A DNA stretch of 56,667 nt from an uncultured virus (IMG/VR IMGVR_UViG_3300044568_002560). Taxonomy: Duplodnaviria > Heunggongvirae > Uroviricota > Caudoviricetes > Ackermannviridae. Positions within the stretch are counted from its first letter, which is position 1; each line of letters begins with the position of its first letter. The stretch is from the IMG/VR virus record IMGVR_UViG_3300044568_002560. One strand, given 5' to 3'. A program made the translations under genes and the position numbers. This document shows, piece by piece, positions 9,074-17,345 of the stretch. The notes under the pieces were generated by a model. The model worked only from the letters and a program-made list of their open reading frames with translations, was not told the origin of the DNA and did not search any database.

Positions 9074-9322
9074 TTAAGAAAGAACTGCACCAGTAAATCC
9101 GCTACCCAAAGAAATTCCCCAAATCTGAAGTTGATAGATTTGAGTAGTTCCTGTGGGAACCAATACACGGGTAAATGCAGTTGTTCCGTTTGCACGGTAA
9201 GTAACCAAATCAGCGGTATTTCCCGAGGCAATTGTATTGGTTAACAATACACCTTTATTTTTTCCAAACGAAGCCGAGGCGTTGGTGTTTGGAAATGGAA
9301 CTGCTTCTCTGTAAAAGTTCAT
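9074..9322 (-). CDS. Small putative structural protein
   Basis: SD GGAGG; late-type TATACATA at 9342-9349. Confidence 0.65.
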   Translation of the reverse strand: MNFYREAVPFPNTNASASFGKNKGVLLTNTIASGNTADLVTYRANGTTAFTRVLVPTGTTQIYQLQIWGISLGSGFTGAVLS

Positions 9323-9351
9323 AGGTTTCCTCCGTGTCCAATATGTATAAA

Positions 9352-9612
9352 AGAAAAGGAGCCTTGCGGCTCCTCTTCCTGCCCGTTCAGATGCGGGAGG
9401 GCTTTCCCCACGGCTTCAAGCCGCCATTGCCAGTCTGTTGGCAATTATGGTTTACAACCCGTTTTTAACGAGGCGCGTTGCAGACCCCGAATGCCTCTTG
9501 CTTCTGTACTCCACGCCAGTCGAATGCCTGTACAGCCCCAGAAAGATTTAGTGGAGCGGAGGGGAATCGAACCCCTGTCCTGATCGTGTTTCTATCTGCC
9601 GTCAACAGCATT
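9352..9612 (-). ncRNA. ssrA: Circularly permuted (two-piece) tmRNA
   Basis: Acceptor piece ending GACAGGGG-TTCGATT-CCCCT-CCGCTCCA (9552); 12-nt spacer; coding piece starting GGGGCTGTACAGGCATTCGAC (9539); G3-U70 pair; tag ANRLAMAA* at 9442-9416; terminator 9352-9375. Confidence 0.92.
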
Positions 9613-9802
9613 ACTGATATTTAGCCGTTTCTCGCTTCCACTTCTCTTCCACTCTGTGTGGCATGGGAAAGTGCTTGCACAAGCGGTGTGCCTGAAGACG
9701 AACGGCTCGTGGCACACGGGGAGTCTTCTTGGGGTCAAGCAGATCGTAAAGAAACTGCCGAACCCCATTCAGACTATTCACTTCTTCATGTGGTAGTGTC
9801 AC
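9611..9802 (-). CDS. BPSL0761-like small protein
   Basis: GTG start; TLPHEE...RQFLYDLLDPKKTPRVPRAVRLQAHRLCKHFP. Confidence 0.65.
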   Translation of the reverse strand: MTLPHEEVNSLNGVRQFLYDLLDPKKTPRVPRAVRLQAHRLCKHFPMPHRVEEKWKRETAKYQ

Positions 9803-10184
9803 GCTGCGCTTCCTGCACTGCCTTGAGCAGATCGGTGTACATTTTCTTCCATGTCTTGAGCGGAAGAAATACCGGATGCCCTGCGGATTCATCCCATATC
9901 CACCAGCCCTTGGCAATTTCAGACAAGTACTTGAACATAGCCGCATCAAGAGCGTGAACACCCTCGTCGCCACTTTCCCACTTGAGAATCATGCCCCAAA
10001 TGGTTACTTCAAGACTGTCTTGCCAACCTGCCTGATAAGCGTCTTCGCTCCAATCACGCATTACGCGGAGTAGTGCGTGTCTTGCGATTTCGCTTTCGCT
10101 TGGTGTTTTTCTTTTTGTCTTTGCCAAAAATAGCCTCCCAATTCTTTGACCAAAGTGCGTAATCAATTGGACGATACCTGTCAC
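9786..10184 (-). CDS. Hypothetical protein (true start likely downstream)
   Basis: MRDWSEDAYQAGWQDSLE...GWWIWD phage-like motif. Confidence 0.55.
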   Translation of the reverse strand: MTGIVQLITHFGQRIGRLFLAKTKRKTPSESEIARHALLRVMRDWSEDAYQAGWQDSLEVTIWGMILKWESGDEGVHALDAAMFKYLSEIAKGWWIWDESAGHPVFLPLKTWKKMYTDLLKAVQEAQRDTTT

Positions 10185-10212
10185 CTTTGCCTGCCGAATG
10201 CTTACCGCCCAT
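10054..10212 (-). CDS. Small basic phage protein
   Basis: MGGKHSAGKGDRYRPIDYALWSKNWEAIFGK. Confidence 0.65.
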   Translation of the reverse strand: MGGKHSAGKGDRYRPIDYALWSKNWEAIFGKDKKKNTKRKRNRKTRTTPRNA

Positions 10213-10411
10213 GAGAAACAACAGGGCTAGAAGGTGCGGGCTTTGGTGCGTCAATCTGACGCATTGCGTCTGCAAGAATTTCGTTGATCTGCTGATTGAA
10301 GGTCAAGTTGTTGGCATGAGCCATCTTGGCAATTCGTAGAAAAGCGGCATCGCCAATCTGCATGTCTAGTGAAATGGTTGTCTTCTTTGGTGTTGTCATT
10401 TTATTCTCCAA
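10202..10411 (-). CDS. Small putative DNA-binding protein
   Basis: AKMAHANNLTFNQQINEIL pattern. Confidence 0.6.
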   Translation of the reverse strand: MENKMTTPKKTTISLDMQIGDAAFLRIAKMAHANNLTFNQQINEILADAMRQIDAPKPAPSSPVVSHGR

Positions 10412-10667
10412 GGTCTTTATCGTTCAAGGTGTATGAAACAATCTCACGCGCACACTCACTTACCCACAACTCGTGTGGGTTGCATCCCCAATCCTTTACG
10501 GCACGAAGGATAAGTGTATTTAGATCAGTATCCTTGTCAATGATTTCATCCACCATTCCCTCACGGGCGGCTTGGCGGGTTGCAAGGCACAAGCCCCACA
10601 TACCCCGATCAATGTAATCAATAATTGCGTGCTTGGTGTATGCGTCTTCGTATGCGTTAGTGTGCAT
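10401..10667 (-). CDS. Hypothetical protein
   Basis: SD AAAGGA, packed operon. Confidence 0.55.
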   Translation of the reverse strand: MHTNAYEDAYTKHAIIDYIDRGMWGLCLATRQAAREGMVDEIIDKDTDLNTLILRAVKDWGCNPHELWVSECAREIVSYTLNDKDLGE

Positions 10668-10683
10668 GGTTTCCTTTCGTGAA

Positions 10684-10755
10684 TAGGCGGTTCAGGTGTC
10701 GATCCTGAATGAATCGGGTATAAGCCGATCTGCGAAGCCGTCCGCCCACCGCCCA
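10684..10755 (-). tRNA. Atypical tRNA-Ile(TAT)
   Basis: Acceptor GGGCGGT/ACCGCCT, anticodon arm ATCGG-CTTATAC-CCGAT, T-arm TCAGG-ATCGACA-CCTGA; promoter TAGACA-17-TATACT at 10767-10795. Confidence 0.75.
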
Positions 10756-10869
10756 GTGGTTGCCCTAGTATAGACGCATATAGGCGTTCTGTCTATAGGC
10801 AAGTGCAGATTTTGTTATATTTTAGAGAAGAATTTTCAAACCCTGATTTGAATCATTTCTTTTGAGAGA

Positions 10870-11127
10870 TTACTTCTGCCGACGAGTCTTGCTGACCGGC
10901 TTCTTGCGGCTCTTGATGCGCTTGCTGCGAGCCGCCTTTACCCGAGTCACAACCACTTCTTCAACAGGAGTCTCTGTGGGCTTGTAGTAGTCCGAAAAAA
11001 GATCGTCCGTATAGGTTTCGTACTTGGTCTTGGCTTCCTTGCGACCTTCCCACCACTGCCACACAGCCAACACCAGAGCCGAACCCATACCCGCACCCAA
11101 AATGAAAAATCCAGCATCAGTCAACAT
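10870..11127 (-). CDS. Single-TM protein with basic tail
   Basis: N-terminal hydrophobic helix. Confidence 0.6.
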   Translation of the reverse strand: MLTDAGFFILGAGMGSALVLAVWQWWEGRKEAKTKYETYTDDLFSDYYKPTETPVEEVVVTRVKAARSKRIKSRKKPVSKTRRQK

Positions 11128-11377
11128 TTTCGCAATCCTTTTCTGTAAGAGAAATCCTAGACTTCTTGTTCACAACATGACCTGAAGCGGTCTTGAGCAG
11201 GTAGTTACTCTTCTGCCTGTCTTCGTCGTGACCCAATCTGTAATTCAGTTCGCCAATTCCTGCCTCACGCAGACGGGACTCACACGCTTGCAGCATATCA
11301 GCCACCACTTGGTGAGTCAATGCACACGCGCTGGCTTCGTCAAGATTTAGTGGAATGTCAATGTGCAGTCTGTACAT
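11117..11377 (-). CDS. Hypothetical protein
   Basis: Packed operon ORF. Confidence 0.6.
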   Translation of the reverse strand: MYRLHIDIPLNLDEASACALTHQVVADMLQACESRLREAGIGELNYRLGHDEDRQKSNYLLKTASGHVVNKKSRISLTEKDCENVD

Positions 11378-11483
11378 TTTTACTTTCTATTGTCTTTGAA
11401 CAGCAGTTCCCACGCAAACCATCCGCAAGCCACCGCAACAACAGCAGCCATAAACGACTGCAACAAACCCCAAACCATTTGGC

Positions 11484-11708
11484 TCATCTCCATTTCGCAG
11501 CCTTTTCAATACGAGAAATATACTCACTCATTTTTTGCTTTAGTTCTATATTTTCTTCACGCAACATCTTTGCGTCTTCCAAAGCCAAATGGAGTGAGGT
11601 GTTTTCCAAAACCAATGCGTCGTACTTATTCTTAAGTTCCGCATTGATTCGCATCATTTCCTTGATCTTGTCCAACGCTGCATTCATTTGATAAGCGTAT
11701 CCGCTCAT
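11484..11708 (-). CDS. Coiled-coil hypothetical protein
   Basis: Heptad pattern, coupled operon. Confidence 0.6.
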   Translation of the reverse strand: MSGYAYQMNAALDKIKEMMRINAELKNKYDALVLENTSLHLALEDAKMLREENIELKQKMSEYISRIEKAAKWR

Positions 11709-11908
11709 GGTGTTTGCGTCTCCGATGGGTAGTCAAAACGGGCTTCATGCCAAGTCTTGTGCACCAACATGCCGTCCCAAGACGGACTCCAATACCAGCC
11801 GTCACGAAGTTCATCCCCCGTGAGTTGGAGTGTGGTATCACCCATTAGTTGGTCGTATCGCGTTTCGGTCATGCCGTGGCAATCCCAATCAAAGTTTTCA
11901 CAGGTCAT
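11705..11908 (-). CDS. Hypothetical protein
   Basis: MTCENFDWDCHGMT...GWYWSPSWDGM; ATGA overlap. Confidence 0.55.
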   Translation of the reverse strand: MTCENFDWDCHGMTETRYDQLMGDTTLQLTGDELRDGWYWSPSWDGMLVHKTWHEARFDYPSETQTP

Positions 11909-12360
11909 CGCTTCCTCCGCAATCCAACCAGTGCTGCACACAGCAATACGACAACCGATGCAGGTGCAGGCACAGGGTCTTCACTTTCAGGAGTGCCCAT
12001 ATACGGCACAGCAGGTGTACCGGGCGTGAGTGGCACACTCATACAGAAGCCTTCAATCCGATCAAAAGTAACGGAGAACGAAAACGCTTGATCGCTGAAT
12101 TGGTACACACCCACGAGTTGATCGTTCAGGAACAGTTTGTAAATCCACAATCCGATGGCTTCACCTGTAAGCATGGTGGAATTGTAACTAGCCAAAGCAT
12201 TGGAGTGCCCACTAATAGACGCACCAAATTCTGTGGGCATGGTGAGTGCTGCCTTGAACAGCGGCGGCTCACAATAGGTTTGTGTGGTGTAGGTGGAACC
12301 TTGGTAACTAGCGGTGTACGGCTTGTTGCCGCTGCCGTAAAAGATAGAGGAAAATCCCAT
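11905..12360 (-). CDS. Protein with C-terminal PEP-CTERM-like sorting signal
   Basis: Ends PVPAPASVVVLLCAALVGLRRKR*; start at ATG 12360 (TAATG coupling). Confidence 0.75.
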   Translation of the reverse strand: MGFSSIFYGSGNKPYTASYQGSTYTTQTYCEPPLFKAALTMPTEFGASISGHSNALASYNSTMLTGEAIGLWIYKLFLNDQLVGVYQFSDQAFSFSVTFDRIEGFCMSVPLTPGTPAVPYMGTPESEDPVPAPASVVVLLCAALVGLRRKR

Positions 12361-12719
12361 TAGTCTGTCTCCACAAGCACATAGGCGTAGTCGGGCTTGT
12401 CCATAGTCTTGACCCAATGGGAACCTGTCAGCCCAAGCAGTTCCACTGCTGTTTCTGGGTCTACACTCTTGACGCTCTTGATGATCGCGTGTTCACGCAC
12501 GCACGGCAGATCGCCCACATTCAGAGACAGGGATTCACCCGTCATCAAGAACGGGCCACCTTCAAAGTCCACCATAGTGGAACCGGTTTGCGGATCACCG
12601 CCACCACGCAGGTAGTGGGTCTGACCCTCAATCAAGTACCGAGTAGAATCAATTCGGGTAATGGAACGGTGTTGCCCGTACCGTGACGCGAAAGCGTATG
12701 AAGGAGAAGGAGTGTTCAT
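12360..12719 (-). CDS. Hypothetical protein, leaderless
   Basis: SRYGQHR...VDFEGGPFL motif; TTGACT-16-TATCTT-6-ATG. Confidence 0.7.
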   Translation of the reverse strand: MNTPSPSYAFASRYGQHRSITRIDSTRYLIEGQTHYLRGGGDPQTGSTMVDFEGGPFLMTGESLSLNVGDLPCVREHAIIKSVKSVDPETAVELLGLTGSHWVKTMDKPDYAYVLVETD

Positions 12720-12749
12720 GCCTTAAAGATACCACATATTTGCGTGGAG

Positions 12750-13097
12750 TCAACCCTCTGTACCAGTTTTTCCAATATTTGGTTGTGGTAGTGGGTGGTA
12801 ATTTATGAGAACTCGTGTGTGTCCGTCCACGGGTGAGGGTAAAACCAGTATTCCAGTAATTATTCCAAACACAGGAATTCCCAAAGTAATTAATGGAGTT
12901 CCAATTCCAAAAGTTGGGCTGTCGTCCAGCGTGACGCTGTAAACTAAACTGTTTTCTGTGGAAGTACGGAGTATTGGGGACGGTGTGGTAAGCAGCAGTT
13001 GGCTGTGGGAGAGCGTGGTGAACACTCTTTCTGCTTTCTTGGTGGGGCTAATCCCCATAAAAGAACGAGAACAAAACGGTTCTTGTGGTGTGTTCAT
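12750..13097 (-). CDS. Hypothetical protein (uncertain)
   Basis: Fills a gap in a minus-strand block; no clear RBS. Confidence 0.35.
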   Translation of the reverse strand: MNTPQEPFCSRSFMGISPTKKAERVFTTLSHSQLLLTTPSPILRTSTENSLVYSVTLDDSPTFGIGTPLITLGIPVFGIITGILVLPSPVDGHTRVLINYHPLPQPNIGKTGTEG

Positions 13098-13213
13098 CGT
13101 GAGTATGGAAGAGTGTTGTTGTGGTCCAGAAGTGTTTGAAGAGAATCATCCTTCAACCCGGACACTGTTACTTATGCGTCTCAAATATACAACCCAATAT
13201 AAAAGTGTATATT

Positions 13214-13399
13214 TCAACGAGATTGTATTTTTGATTCGTAGGCAAGAATCTTTTCGCGCAGCACTTCCATTGTCTGCGCCAGTTCTCGCCAACCCACATT
13301 GTCCATCAGGTACGACTCGTAGTCCTTTACCGCATCACGGGCAGCGTCTAGGAGTTCCTGTGTTGGATTCTTGTCTCTGTCTTTGTCGTGGCGTGGCAT
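13214..13399 (-). CDS. Hypothetical protein
   Basis: Packed after the 13406 ORF. Confidence 0.55.
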   Translation of the reverse strand: MPRHDKDRDKNPTQELLDAARDAVKDYESYLMDNVGWRELAQTMEVLREKILAYESKIQSR

Positions 13400-13405
13400 G
13401 GTGGT

Positions 13406-13747
13406 TTACCCCCATAGAATGCGTTTTAGCAACCTTTCCCACCACGACAGGAGGGGCGGCATTAGTGGCGGCTCTTCCTTCGCTTTCAAATAACCTAACT
13501 TTTTGAGTTCGCGTGTCTCCAAAAATTCGTAGCGTAACAGTTCTCGTATCTGCTGGGGCAGTATCATTTGAGTACTTTCGGAATACGCCAACTTTGCAAA
13601 TTCCAAAAGTGCGTCAATACTCCGTCCCTTGTGAACAATTTTCCAAGTCTCGCCGCCGTCGTGTGATTCGCATAAACCGTAAAGCCCACCCCCGTCGTCG
13701 TTGCTCAACAAATCAATGCCGACGATTGGGATGGGCTTTTCACTCAT
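13406..13747 (-). CDS. Hypothetical protein
   Basis: SD AGGAGG; CTAAATA at 13763-13769. Confidence 0.65.
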   Translation of the reverse strand: MSEKPIPIVGIDLLSNDDGGGLYGLCESHDGGETWKIVHKGRSIDALLEFAKLAYSESTQMILPQQIRELLRYEFLETRELKKLGYLKAKEEPPLMPPLLSWWERLLKRILWG

Positions 13748-13807
13748 GCGTAGCCTCCTACTTATTTAGGAAAGCGTTGCTCGGCAATTGCTCTCATTTA
13801 GACCAAT

Positions 13808-14071
13808 TCATGCTCCACCTTCTTCCGCAAAGATTTGACCCTTTTCGTGAAGTTCAGAAACACGCAGAATGGGATGGGCAAGAGCGTCCCGAAACCGATT
13901 GAGTGATTCGTGCAGCCCTTCAATTGTGTCTCCCAACACGCTTGCAAAATGCGGAGACACAGTAGTAAGCGTTCCGTCTTGATACCCTGCTTCGTGAATT
14001 GCAAAGTATTCGTTCTCGGGGTCGGTGTCGTGGTGAACCACGCGATGATTCCATGTGAATTCCATTTTCAA
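13808..14071 (-). CDS. Conserved phage protein (WNHRV...IHE type)
   Basis: TWNHRVV...FAIHEAGY...ALAHPIL. Confidence 0.7.
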   Translation of the reverse strand: MKMEFTWNHRVVHHDTDPENEYFAIHEAGYQDGTLTTVSPHFASVLGDTIEGLHESLNRFRDALAHPILRVSELHEKGQIFAEEGGA

Positions 14072-14087
14072 TTTTCCTTGCTTGGTG

Positions 14088-14381
14088 TTAGTTAATTATT
14101 TTTTGAAAGTCGCTACGAGTCTCGGTCATGTGAGGCATAAACAAGCCCTTCTGCTTGGTCAAGTAATGTCCCCACAGTTGGCGAGCATTTTCCACATCGC
14201 AATTCCACCTGCTGAGAATCCTACCGGGTTTGCCGTCGTCGTCTTCCCGAACAACCACTTTGGCTAGATTGAGTTTATTAGACGCGGTTTTGTTGTGAAT
14301 GACAAACTGCACCCATTCTTGTCGCTTGCCCTTGAATTCGTCTTCAATCTGCATCCAATAGTGAATCACTTCCCATTCCAT
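14088..14381 (-). CDS. Hypothetical protein with ARxLW motif
   Basis: SD GGAGG; NARQLWGHYL. Confidence 0.65.
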   Translation of the reverse strand: MEWEVIHYWMQIEDEFKGKRQEWVQFVIHNKTASNKLNLAKVVVREDDDGKPGRILSRWNCDVENARQLWGHYLTKQKGLFMPHMTETRSDFQKIIN

Positions 14382-14674
14382 CAGTTGTCCTCCTGATTGT
14401 CCATCCATTCCGCAGCAGCAGTCAACCACGCTGCCATTTCGCGCAAATCCAACGAACTCTCAATATCCACATTCACAATGTGGTCATCGTCGCTGCTCTG
14501 AACCCGAACAATTCTCTGCTGCCATGTTCGGTCAAACCAAGTGAAAAACTCAACTGTCCTGCCAATCTTTCCGGGTATGCTTATCGTGCCGGGGGCAGAA
14601 CGGTTTGCTCGCTCTTCTCGCAGTTTGTTCTTGTTGTTGCGAACTGTCTTGGTCTTTTTCTTTTTGCTTTTCAT
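14381..14674 (-). CDS. Hypothetical protein
   Basis: Start MKSKKKK; TGATG coupling. Confidence 0.6.
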   Translation of the reverse strand: MKSKKKKTKTVRNNKNKLREERANRSAPGTISIPGKIGRTVEFFTWFDRTWQQRIVRVQSSDDDHIVNVDIESSLDLREMAAWLTAAAEWMDNQEDN

Positions 14675-14693
14675 TTGTTTTTCTTTTCTGTAA

Positions 14694-15482
14694 TCAGTTG
14701 ATTGTATCGCACGGCTCGTATCCACTAGCGATAAGATTGTCCCAAAGCGCACGAGCGTCTTGGACATTCAAAAAATTGTGGATGATACCCGTGATATCAT
14801 ACTGCTTCTCGCCGTTCTCGTAACGGGTAATCATCACCGTATTATCCCCGTTCTCGTTGTAGACGAATCGCACGACCATGCTGCCATTACGCAGCATGTA
14901 GGTTGCGCCACCCCGCTCCTCTTCGTCCGCAGGAACCGCAGCAGGAACCGCAACAACAGGAGCGGCAGTAGCGGTGCTGCCGTCGTCTTCGGTGAAGAAG
15001 TGGATGTCGCCCGCGATGCCCTTGGCAGACATACGGTCAATGGCTTGCATCTTTGCGTACTTGTCAAACAAGGCTTCGTTGAACTTGCTTGAGGACGAGA
15101 ACCACCAGCACTTGCCCACGCTGTCCCACATTGCGCCGTCAGCCTTCGCAATGTCCTTCTGCTCGTAGGGCAGACGCAGCACCACATTGTACGGGTGCGT
15201 GTGGTTCAGATCGCTCCACTTGATCGCGGAGTTGAACACGGGCGACTTGCGCTCGCCACGGAACATGTTGTGCTTGTTGAACCAGTTCACGCTGTCCTGC
15301 GTGATACGACGCTGCGGAAGCCACCAAGACCACTTCTTGCCGTTGGGCAGGTAACGCGCACCGCGACCCTTGGCTTCGCTGCGAAGAGCGGTTGCGCCCT
15401 TGGTGCGGAACGGAATGTCCAGCCACAGACCGTAGGGAAGCGGCTTGGACGCATCAAAAGTGAAAGTGTAAGAGTTCTGCAT
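14694..15482 (-). CDS. DUF5710-like repeat protein, leaderless
   Basis: Two LxxPF/Y...AKxxGAxW/Y...KxWW units; start MQNS after TTGTTT-16-TATACT. Confidence 0.75.
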   Translation of the reverse strand: MQNSYTFTFDASKPLPYGLWLDIPFRTKGATALRSEAKGRGARYLPNGKKWSWWLPQRRITQDSVNWFNKHNMFRGERKSPVFNSAIKWSDLNHTHPYNVVLRLPYEQKDIAKADGAMWDSVGKCWWFSSSSKFNEALFDKYAKMQAIDRMSAKGIAGDIHFFTEDDGSTATAAPVVAVPAAVPADEEERGGATYMLRNGSMVVRFVYNENGDNTVMITRYENGEKQYDITGIIHNFLNVQDARALWDNLIASGYEPCDTIN

Positions 15483-15583
15483 GTTTCTAGTATACCAGAA
15501 CGGGAAACAAAAACAAGCCCCGCTAGGAGCCTGTTTTCGCAAATAAATTACCGAGTTATCGGACGCTCCGTAAACGCGGTGGT

Positions 15584-15844
15584 TTAGGCGGGAGGATGCA
15601 CCTCGACTGCCTTCAAAGAGTCGGGCTTGAAAGAACGCCAACCCTTTGCCTCCAAATCGTAAACAGGAAGCGTATCGCTCTTGCGAGACTGTTCGCTGCC
15701 CTTGGGATGGTGGTCGGACGGAATCATCGTGATGTTCCGTGTGCCGACCAGCACTCGCTCCGTTCCGTCCTTCTTGGTAAACACCAAGCGAACGACTGCT
15801 CCATTGTCAAGGTACTGCTTCGCGGTTTCGTAGAGAGATGTCAT
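15584..15844 (-). CDS. SH3-like beta-barrel (DUF2693/WYL_2-type) protein, leaderless
   Basis: FTKKDGTERVLVGTRN...YDLEAKGWRSFK. Confidence 0.85.
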   Translation of the reverse strand: MTSLYETAKQYLDNGAVVRLVFTKKDGTERVLVGTRNITMIPSDHHPKGSEQSRKSDTLPVYDLEAKGWRSFKPDSLKAVEVHPPA

Positions 15845-15906
15845 GTGAGTAGTATAGCGTGTTGTGGGTGGTTGTCAAGTGGGTGGGTGGAGTTTTGTAT
15901 ATTTAA

Positions 15907-16398
15907 TTACTCGTCGTGCAGTTCGCCAACCTCGTCATCACCCAATTCCCAAGTAATTTCGGGTTGAGGAATCCCTGAACCGTCACCGTCTGCAATAAGT
16001 GAAATCATATCACCGTCAAATGTGTAGAACGCCACAGGTCGGGCAGGGTAGCCAGCCCTCTTCAGGATTTGAACCATTCGCATTCGTCCCACAGGATTCA
16101 ACGAGTGGCAAATTGCTTCTCCAATATGTGGAGTGTGTTCACGAATCCAATCAGCAATAGCCGTACCGTCACGCCACCCCTGCTTTTCGCTAGAGTAGTG
16201 AGCGTCCTCAAGATCGTGATCCAAAAACACCACATCCCACTTTCCGTTTTGAAGTTGTGTAATGGCTTCGTCGTAATTCTGCGCCCACACAAATTCCACA
16301 TGGGCGGTTTCAGCCCGCTTATACAGGTCTGTGAAAATATCCCAACGCTCGCGCATGTCGTCTACAAAAAGAATTCGTCGCTTGTTTTTTGTGCTCAT
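15907..16398 (-). CDS. Cyclic-phosphate-processing receiver (cREC)-like domain protein
   Basis: ILFVDDMR, NYDEAI, FLDHDL, DGTAIADW, CHSLNPVGRMRM. Confidence 0.8.
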   Translation of the reverse strand: MSTKNKRRILFVDDMRERWDIFTDLYKRAETAHVEFVWAQNYDEAITQLQNGKWDVVFLDHDLEDAHYSSEKQGWRDGTAIADWIREHTPHIGEAICHSLNPVGRMRMVQILKRAGYPARPVAFYTFDGDMISLIADGDGSGIPQPEITWELGDDEVGELHDE

Positions 16399-16491
16399 TT
16401 TATCTCTTGTTTGAAAGTAGTAAACGGGTAAGAAACGCCCAAAACAGAAATCGTCCAAGATTTCTCCAATTGATTTCAGGAAAATTCGTGT

Positions 16492-17037
16492 TCATGCTTC
16501 TAGGGCGTAAGTATCATGTGTGTATATTTTCCGCGAACTCTTTCGCTTTTGTATACGGGACAAACGGGGCATTCGGGTCACGGGATGATACGAATCAATT
16601 CCGTTGGGATGCTCTGAAACGCGAAAGAATTCCGAAGGCAGGTCTGATTGCCCCGTATAGTCGGGATATCCGCCCGTGAAGTGGTTCCAACTGAACATGT
16701 TTGAAACCACATCACGATATTTACAGGCTCGCAAGTAATTCAACACAGTCTCACATCTCTCTGGAGTAACCGTGCCCACAGGAATCCATCCGTCGCTGAT
16801 GAAACCGTCCCACAGGTCGCGTGACACCGTTGTATCACACCGCACAAGGTGTACAGGTAAAGAGTAGATGCCGTTGGAAGGAGGATTGGCGTAATCGTAG
16901 AACTGCCTAGACGAGTATTGGCAAACCACAAACCGATTGGTCACGGTGCGTTCAAAGCACACGCAGTCGGGCAGCGATGGGTCGTTAATTTTGGGGTGAC
17001 GCAGCAGCCACATGTCTACGAGTTCAGGCTTGTCCAT
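16492..17037 (-). CDS. Hypothetical protein, leaderless
   Basis: TTGACC-16-TATATT-7-ATG; SRDLWDGFISDGW. Confidence 0.7.
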   Translation of the reverse strand: MDKPELVDMWLLRHPKINDPSLPDCVCFERTVTNRFVVCQYSSRQFYDYANPPSNGIYSLPVHLVRCDTTVSRDLWDGFISDGWIPVGTVTPERCETVLNYLRACKYRDVVSNMFSWNHFTGGYPDYTGQSDLPSEFFRVSEHPNGIDSYHPVTRMPRLSRIQKRKSSRKIYTHDTYALEA

Positions 17038-17214
17038 ACACACAAATATACCACATTTCCTGCACGGGTCAAGCCCTACGGATATTTTTTTCTCAAAGCA
17101 GACAAAACAAATATTGCGCTGCTGGTTTTGTTGTGGACTTTAGGGATTAGTAATAGGTCAAGTTTACTTTCATAAATTTTTTGGTGAACACACAGAGTTC
17201 TATATACATAACCT

Positions 17215-17289
17215 TTACCCGTATTGTTGAAAGTAGCGAAGCATCACTCCCGTAGAGCAGCCCCTCCACCCGAGGGGCTGTTTCTTTTT
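17215..17289 (+). ncRNA. Candidate late small RNA
   Basis: TATACATA at 17203-17210, no ORF, hairpin CAGCCCCT/AGGGGCTG plus T-tract. Confidence 0.45.
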
Positions 17290-17291
17290 GG

Positions 17292-17321
17292 AAAAGAAAA
17301 AGGGCGGCATTTCTGCCGCCC
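17292..17321 (-). terminator. Intrinsic terminator of the 17346 gene
   Basis: GGGCGGCA/TGCCGCCC hairpin plus T-tract on the minus strand. Confidence 0.8.
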
Positions 17322-17345
17322 CCTTCTTTGTGTATTGTTTTAATT

